This document shows positions 59,723 through 64,000 of a DNA stretch of 64,000 nt, one piece after another. A program made the translations under genes and the position numbers. Under the pieces are notes generated by a model. That model ran no database searches, was not told the origin of the DNA, and saw only the letters and a program-made list of their open reading frames with translations. Origin of the DNA: an uncultured Cytophagales bacterium (GTDB lineage Bacteria; Bacteroidota; Bacteroidia; Cytophagales; Cyclobacteriaceae); assembly GCA_963803685.1 (NCBI GenBank), contig CAWDNW010000001.1, positions 1,870,810 to 1,934,809 on the forward strand. The letters run 5' to 3'. The first letter of the stretch is position 1, and each line of letters opens with the position of its first letter.

Positions 59723-60763
59723 CTACTTTGTAAAATCATCAAATGAGATGGGAGAGCCTTTTTGTAAGTTGGTTTTAGCAGTGTTCCCCAAAATTTCCCA
59801 ATAATATTTAGGATGCATTCCAAACCCTGGTCTAATGCTTTTCACATTTTTTTCTGTAATCATCTCTCCAGCTTTGATATCTTCCACTACGTACAAAGAA
59901 CGGGAGAAAGCTTTTCCTTTCTTCTGCTTTTCGGTCAAGGTATAATCTATTCTCCCGATAGCTTTTTCAGCTTCTCTCACAGCTTTAACCATTTCAGTAA
60001 ATTCTTTTTCGGTCATGGAAAATGAAGCATCAGGCCCGCCAACAGAATGGTCTAAAATAAAATGCTTCTCAATAATTTTTGCTCCAAAACAGGTGGCCAC
60101 TATGGGCACAGTACTACCCATAGTGTGATCCGATAAACCGGAAATTACATCATATCTGTCAGCAAGGTCTTTTACCATTTTCATATTAGCCTCTTCTATG
60201 GGGGCGGGATATGAAGAAGTACATTTGAGCAGGGCAATATCATTATTCCCCATTCTTCTACAGGCATCCAATGCCAATTCAATGTCTTCTTTTTCTGCGA
60301 TGCCTGTGGAAATAATCACCGGCTTGCCTTTGGAAGCTACATATTCAATTAATGGAATATCAGTAATTTCAAAAGAAGCAATTTTATAGGCTGGTGTGTT
60401 TAGATCTTCTAAAAAATCCACTGCAGTCTTATCAAAAGGAGATGAAAAACAGATAATACCTTCAGCTGCCGCTGCTTTAAATAGTGCACCATGCCACTCC
60501 CATGGAGTATAGGCTTCTTTATATAAATCATACAGATTCTTCCCTTCCCAAATAGTGTCTTTTATCAGAAAATCATCTTTCCTGGAGTCTATTGTGATGG
60601 TATCCGCTGTATAGGTCTGCAACTTTATGCAATCTGCCCCTGCTCTCTTGGCTGCTTTAATAGTTGCCATAGCAGTTTCTAGGCTACCATTATGATTTGC
60701 CGAAAGCTCTGCTATAATAAATGCAGGCTGATTCCCCCCTATTTCTCTATTTTGGATTTTCAC
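59723..60763 (-). CDS. pseI: Pseudaminic acid synthase (NeuB family with SAF domain)
   Basis: 346 aa with AFIIAELSANHNGSLE, ADCIKLQTY and SDHT motifs and a C-terminal SAF domain. Confidence 0.85.
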   Translation of the reverse strand: MKIQNREIGGNQPAFIIAELSANHNGSLETAMATIKAAKRAGADCIKLQTYTADTITIDSRKDDFLIKDTIWEGKNLYDLYKEAYTPWEWHGALFKAAAAEGIICFSSPFDKTAVDFLEDLNTPAYKIASFEITDIPLIEYVASKGKPVIISTGIAEKEDIELALDACRRMGNNDIALLKCTSSYPAPIEEANMKMVKDLADRYDVISGLSDHTMGSTVPIVATCFGAKIIEKHFILDHSVGGPDASFSMTEKEFTEMVKAVREAEKAIGRIDYTLTEKQKKGKAFSRSLYVVEDIKAGEMITEKNVKSIRPGFGMHPKYYWEILGNTAKTNLQKGSPISFDDFTK

Positions 60764-61770
60764 TGTAGTTTCTTTTCAAATTTTAATTCAGATTCATTTT
60801 TGGACATGATTTTATACCCTAATTTTTCAAATATTTTGACAGAAGCAAAGTTTTCTTTTAATACATGGCCATAAACAGAAGTCAGATTAGGTTTGCTTGT
60901 TTTTAACTTAGCTACACCTTTTTCCAACAGAAAGGTTCCATAGCCCTGCCCCGTAAATTTGGGGTCTACCAAATAACTAATTTTAGCAGTCTCCTGGTGT
61001 TTTTCTATATCGAACCGGATTGAACCAACCTGATGACTTCTTTCTTCTAATATGAAATAGCTACATTCATCAGACTTCAATTTATTGGTAAACCATTTCA
61101 AATGTGCATCTTTTGTTATTTTATTTTGATTATAAGCGTAAGCCCTAATCTTTTCATCATTTACCCATTGGTAAGTAGCGTCCAAGTCATCCGTTGAAGC
61201 TTCTCTTAGTATTAGGCTATTTTTAAACTTTGTGTGGATCAGTACATCTATATATTTTCCATCAAATAAACTATGCTCAACTAGCTGGGCTTCCTTTCGA
61301 AACCCTCGTTTGTCAAGTGCAGTATAGAGTCGTGGTCTTAGGTCAAAAGCATAAGTATAAATTTTGTGCAAGTCCAATTCTTTAAAAGCCACCTCTTCTA
61401 TTAAAGATAGATAGGTGCTCCATTGAAATTCGAAAAATTCATTTTCCAAAGAAGTATCCATAACAAAAGAAATTTCCGCATTTTTATCTATCCAATTGAT
61501 ATGTACCAGCCCCCCATAACCAATACAATGACCATCATTCAAGTATGAAAAAAGTATTTGTGCTGGTTTCTCCTGTTCAAATAAATTGATTACCACCTCA
61601 TTAAAATATTTTTCTTGTTCCTCCTTAGTGAGAGGTTTGTCTTGGCGCAGATGATAAATTTGCTCATTACGCCATTGCATGATGGCGTAACGGTCTTCCA
61701 TTCTGATGGGCACAATTGCATAGCCACCAGATTCAAATTTTTGTTTTGATAAAATCTTATAAGAGCTCAT
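60760..61770 (-). CDS. Tandem-GNAT acetyltransferase; the C-terminal half is PseH-like
   Basis: 336 aa. Residues ~185-336 look like PseH (LREASTDDLDATYQWVNDEKIR...HLKWF...TGQGYGT...ENFASVKIFEKLGY). Residues 1-175 have a GNAT-like fold pattern (IRMEDRYAIMQWRNE...) but no Q/RxxGxG/A loop. Confidence 0.65.
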   Translation of the reverse strand: MSSYKILSKQKFESGGYAIVPIRMEDRYAIMQWRNEQIYHLRQDKPLTKEEQEKYFNEVVINLFEQEKPAQILFSYLNDGHCIGYGGLVHINWIDKNAEISFVMDTSLENEFFEFQWSTYLSLIEEVAFKELDLHKIYTYAFDLRPRLYTALDKRGFRKEAQLVEHSLFDGKYIDVLIHTKFKNSLILREASTDDLDATYQWVNDEKIRAYAYNQNKITKDAHLKWFTNKLKSDECSYFILEERSHQVGSIRFDIEKHQETAKISYLVDPKFTGQGYGTFLLEKGVAKLKTSKPNLTSVYGHVLKENFASVKIFEKLGYKIMSKNESELKFEKKLQ

Positions 61771-62440
61771 ACTTCAATTCCGCCAGTTTCCAATCCACCA
61801 CGTTGTCAATATCCTGCACTTGAGTTGCTTCTAAAACGATGCATGAGGTGTTAATACCAAATAACTTCTGCTCTTTTTTAAAAGCTTCTACACTAAACCA
61901 ATACCATTGCCCGGCATCATGATAAACCTTTTCCAAATCCTGAGACCTTTTGTTTAAGTTTTCAGGCCATACCATCTTAAATTCTTCATTTGAAGTTCTT
62001 TTAAGTCCTCGCCAAATAGGGTAAGAGAATTCTACTGAGGGAAACACAGTACTGAAATGTCCGTTCTGCAATTTGTCTAATCCCATTTCTAGCTTCTCTG
62101 CTTTAATCAAAGGAGCTGTAGGATAAATACAGCAAGCATATTCAAAATTCTTTACTATATTTTCATATTTTGCTATCACTTCCAGGAGCACATCTGTAGT
62201 AGTAGCAAAATCATCTGCATTCTCCCTTGATCTCATAAAAGGTACTTTAGCCCCATACTCCTTTGCAACTTGAGCAATTTCCTCATCATCTGTAGATACC
62301 ATTACCTCATCAAATAAACCTGACTGTAATGCAGTTTCAATAGAGTAGGCTATAATAGGTTTACCCAAAAAATCTTTAATGTTTTTCCTGGGAATCCTTT
62401 TACTTCCTCCTCTTGCCGGTATGATACAAAGATTACTCAT
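61757..62440 (-). CDS. pseF: Pseudaminic acid cytidylyltransferase (CMP-NeuAc-synthetase family)
   Basis: 227 aa with CIIPARGGSKRIPRKN. It overlaps both neighbours. Confidence 0.85.
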   Translation of the reverse strand: MSNLCIIPARGGSKRIPRKNIKDFLGKPIIAYSIETALQSGLFDEVMVSTDDEEIAQVAKEYGAKVPFMRSRENADDFATTTDVLLEVIAKYENIVKNFEYACCIYPTAPLIKAEKLEMGLDKLQNGHFSTVFPSVEFSYPIWRGLKRTSNEEFKMVWPENLNKRSQDLEKVYHDAGQWYWFSVEAFKKEQKLFGINTSCIVLEATQVQDIDNVVDWKLAELKYELL

Positions 62441-63621
62441 TTGTAGTATTCAGCAATTTTATTGATTACAAAATCCTGATCCTTATCAGACAAGGTGGGA
62501 AACATAGGTAAACTGATACAGTGCCTATAATAGGTTTCTGCCTGGGTCATATCTCCTTCTTTCCAGCCAAACTGCCTATAATAAGGCATTAAATGGGTAG
62601 GGATATAATGAATCTGGGCAAATATTTTATTATCTCTCAAATGACTGTACAACCCAAGTCTGTCTTCGACTTCAATTACATATAAATGATAGGCATGACC
62701 GTCTACTATGCCAGACTGACCTTTTATAAATTCTTTTGCTTTAAATGCTTCAAAGTATTTTTTAGCAATTTCCCTTCTTCTTTCTAGTCCCTCGTCAGCT
62801 CTCTGCAGCTGACTTAAACCTAAAGCTGCTTGGAAGTCGGTTAGCCGGTAATTATAACCTAATTCTTGCATTTCCATATACCAAGCAGGATAAGTGGCAT
62901 CTCCACCGGCAAAATCAACGGGGTTTTCAAATGAACTCTCATCTTTTGTGATTCCGTGGGTTCTAAGTTTTAATAGCTTTTCGTAAAGACTTTTATCATT
63001 CGTGGTAATCATACCACCTTCGCCGGCTGCAATATGCTTCACAGGATGAAAAGAGAAAATGGCTAAATCTGCAAAATTTCCATTACCACAGTTTTGTTGC
63101 TGTCCTTTACTGTCTGTAAAATACCCTCCTGGGGAATGACAAGAGTCTTCGATAATCCAAAGATCATATTCATTAGCCAGTTTTCTAAAAGCTTCCAGAT
63201 CTACAGCTCTACCTGCAAAATCTACAGGGATAATTCCTTTATAAGTACCTTTAGGGGAAGCCTCCAATATCTTTCTTACCTTATCTATATCCAGTAGATA
63301 AGTTTCAGGATCGATATCTGCAAAAACAACTTCTCCTCCACAATATCGGATACAGTTGGCACTCGCAGCAAAAGTAATTGGTGTTGTAATTACTTTATCA
63401 CCTTCTTTTACCCCCAAAGCCAAGCAGTTTAAATGTAAAGCCGCAGTTCCATTAGCTACTGCTACTGCATATTTTGCTCCAATATAGTCTGCAAATGCTT
63501 CTTCAAAGTCTTTGATTTTAGGGCCCTGTGTGAGGTAGTCTGATTGCAAAGTCTCTACAACAGCTTCAATATCAGCTTTCGTTATGTTTTGCTTTCCGTA
63601 TGGTATGTTTTTTTGGCTCAT
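62437..63621 (-). CDS. pseC: UDP-4-amino-4,6-dideoxy-N-acetyl-beta-L-altrosamine transaminase (DegT/DnrJ/EryC1 family)
   Basis: 394 aa with IPYGKQNI, the PLP-lysine context FSFHPVKHI and YHLYV. Confidence 0.85.
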   Translation of the reverse strand: MSQKNIPYGKQNITKADIEAVVETLQSDYLTQGPKIKDFEEAFADYIGAKYAVAVANGTAALHLNCLALGVKEGDKVITTPITFAASANCIRYCGGEVVFADIDPETYLLDIDKVRKILEASPKGTYKGIIPVDFAGRAVDLEAFRKLANEYDLWIIEDSCHSPGGYFTDSKGQQQNCGNGNFADLAIFSFHPVKHIAAGEGGMITTNDKSLYEKLLKLRTHGITKDESSFENPVDFAGGDATYPAWYMEMQELGYNYRLTDFQAALGLSQLQRADEGLERRREIAKKYFEAFKAKEFIKGQSGIVDGHAYHLYVIEVEDRLGLYSHLRDNKIFAQIHYIPTHLMPYYRQFGWKEGDMTQAETYYRHCISLPMFPTLSDKDQDFVINKIAEYYK

Positions 63622-64000
63622 ACTTCAAATGAAGGGTCTACATGTTGTTTAATTAGGGTGCGTAAACTCTCTACTGTTTCCCAATCCTCATTTTCACCAG
63701 AATTATACTGAAAACCTTTTTCTACTTTTTTTGCTTCAAAATGATTGATATAATCGTCCAATTTCCATTTATGAGTTGCAGGTAAAATAGTATAATATTT
63801 GCCTAGATCGTATGTATAGTAGGAATCTGATGAAGTGATCATTTCTTCATGAACCTTTTCTCCAGGTCTGATTCCTACTTCAGGTTTCTCGCACTCTGGT
63901 CCTATAGCCTCAGCGACATCGGTAATTTTATAAGAAGGAATTTTTGGAACAAATAATTCGCCACCCCATGCTTGTTCTAGCGCATGCATCACCATATCTA
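63618..64000 (-). CDS. pseB: UDP-N-acetylglucosamine 4,6-dehydratase (inverting), C-terminal part; the 5' end lies beyond the window
   Basis: The frame is open to the window edge. GGELFVPKIPSYKITDVAEAI...GIRPGEKVHEEM matches the FlaA1/PseB C-terminus. Confidence 0.85.
   Translation of the reverse strand, partial: DMVMHALEQAWGGELFVPKIPSYKITDVAEAIGPECEKPEVGIRPGEKVHEEMITSSDSYYTYDLGKYYTILPATHKWKLDDYINHFEAKKVEKGFQYNSGENEDWETVESLRTLIKQHVDPSFEV

Noticed and set aside
1-64000. CRISPR arrays, tRNA/rRNA genes, IS elements, integrases, prophage or defence-system genes
   Set aside because: I scanned all intergenic regions longer than 80 bp and the full ORF list. I found no regularly spaced repeats, no cloverleaf-like GC-rich 70-90-nt segments, and no transposase, recombinase, nuclease-helicase or reverse-transcriptase-like ORFs.

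Overview
This is a 64-kb, AT-rich chromosomal window that looks like Bacteroidota (Cytophagia/Flavobacteriia-like). The pointers are the uppS-bamA-ompH-ompH gene order with an adjacent PorG/DUF6089-type barrel, TAnnTTTG-type -7 boxes and frequent 4-nt overlaps between genes. I support about 60 protein-coding genes. I found no rRNA, tRNA, CRISPR array, transposase, integrase or phage gene.

Gene content:
- 1-31 kb: core housekeeping. This includes the rho 3' end, corA, a 2OG oxygenase with chrA, ldcA, the uppS-bamA-skp-skp envelope cluster with two DUF6089 barrels, nadK, pabA/trpG, cvpA, pdxJ, metK, rlpA, a membrane PP2C/STAS/kinase partner-switching trio, three SurA/PpiC-type chaperones, moxR and a small DUF86-like ORF coupled to hpf.
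- 31.5-41.8 kb: a 10-gene minus-strand hexuronate operon (uxuB-like, uxuA, uxaC, lacI, kdgK, eda, TRAP dctPQM) plus a divergent second lacI.
- 42-48 kb: hemB, a lipocalin-like protein, and the PAPS module cysDNC with cysQ.
- 48-64 kb: the only clearly accessory region. It is an all-minus-strand Wzx/Wzy-type glycan locus containing a pseudaminic-acid pathway (pseB-C-F, a tandem GNAT, pseI).

I do not see a self-contained new multi-gene system such as a defence island. The observations most worth follow-up are:
1. The pse locus has no pseG in view. It has a tandem GNAT with a degenerate first domain, a GT52-like candidate pseudaminyltransferase and an isolated 2OG-Fe(II) oxygenase.
2. A HepT/DUF86-like ORF has lost its catalytic His. 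It is joined to hpf through a TAATG overlap, and an 11-bp inverted repeat covers its AUG.
3. The partner-switching module has no sigma factor next to it.
4. Structured GC-rich non-coding islands lie next to the cys genes and inside the glycan locus.

All family assignments rest on motif recognition by eye and need HMM or BLAST confirmation.
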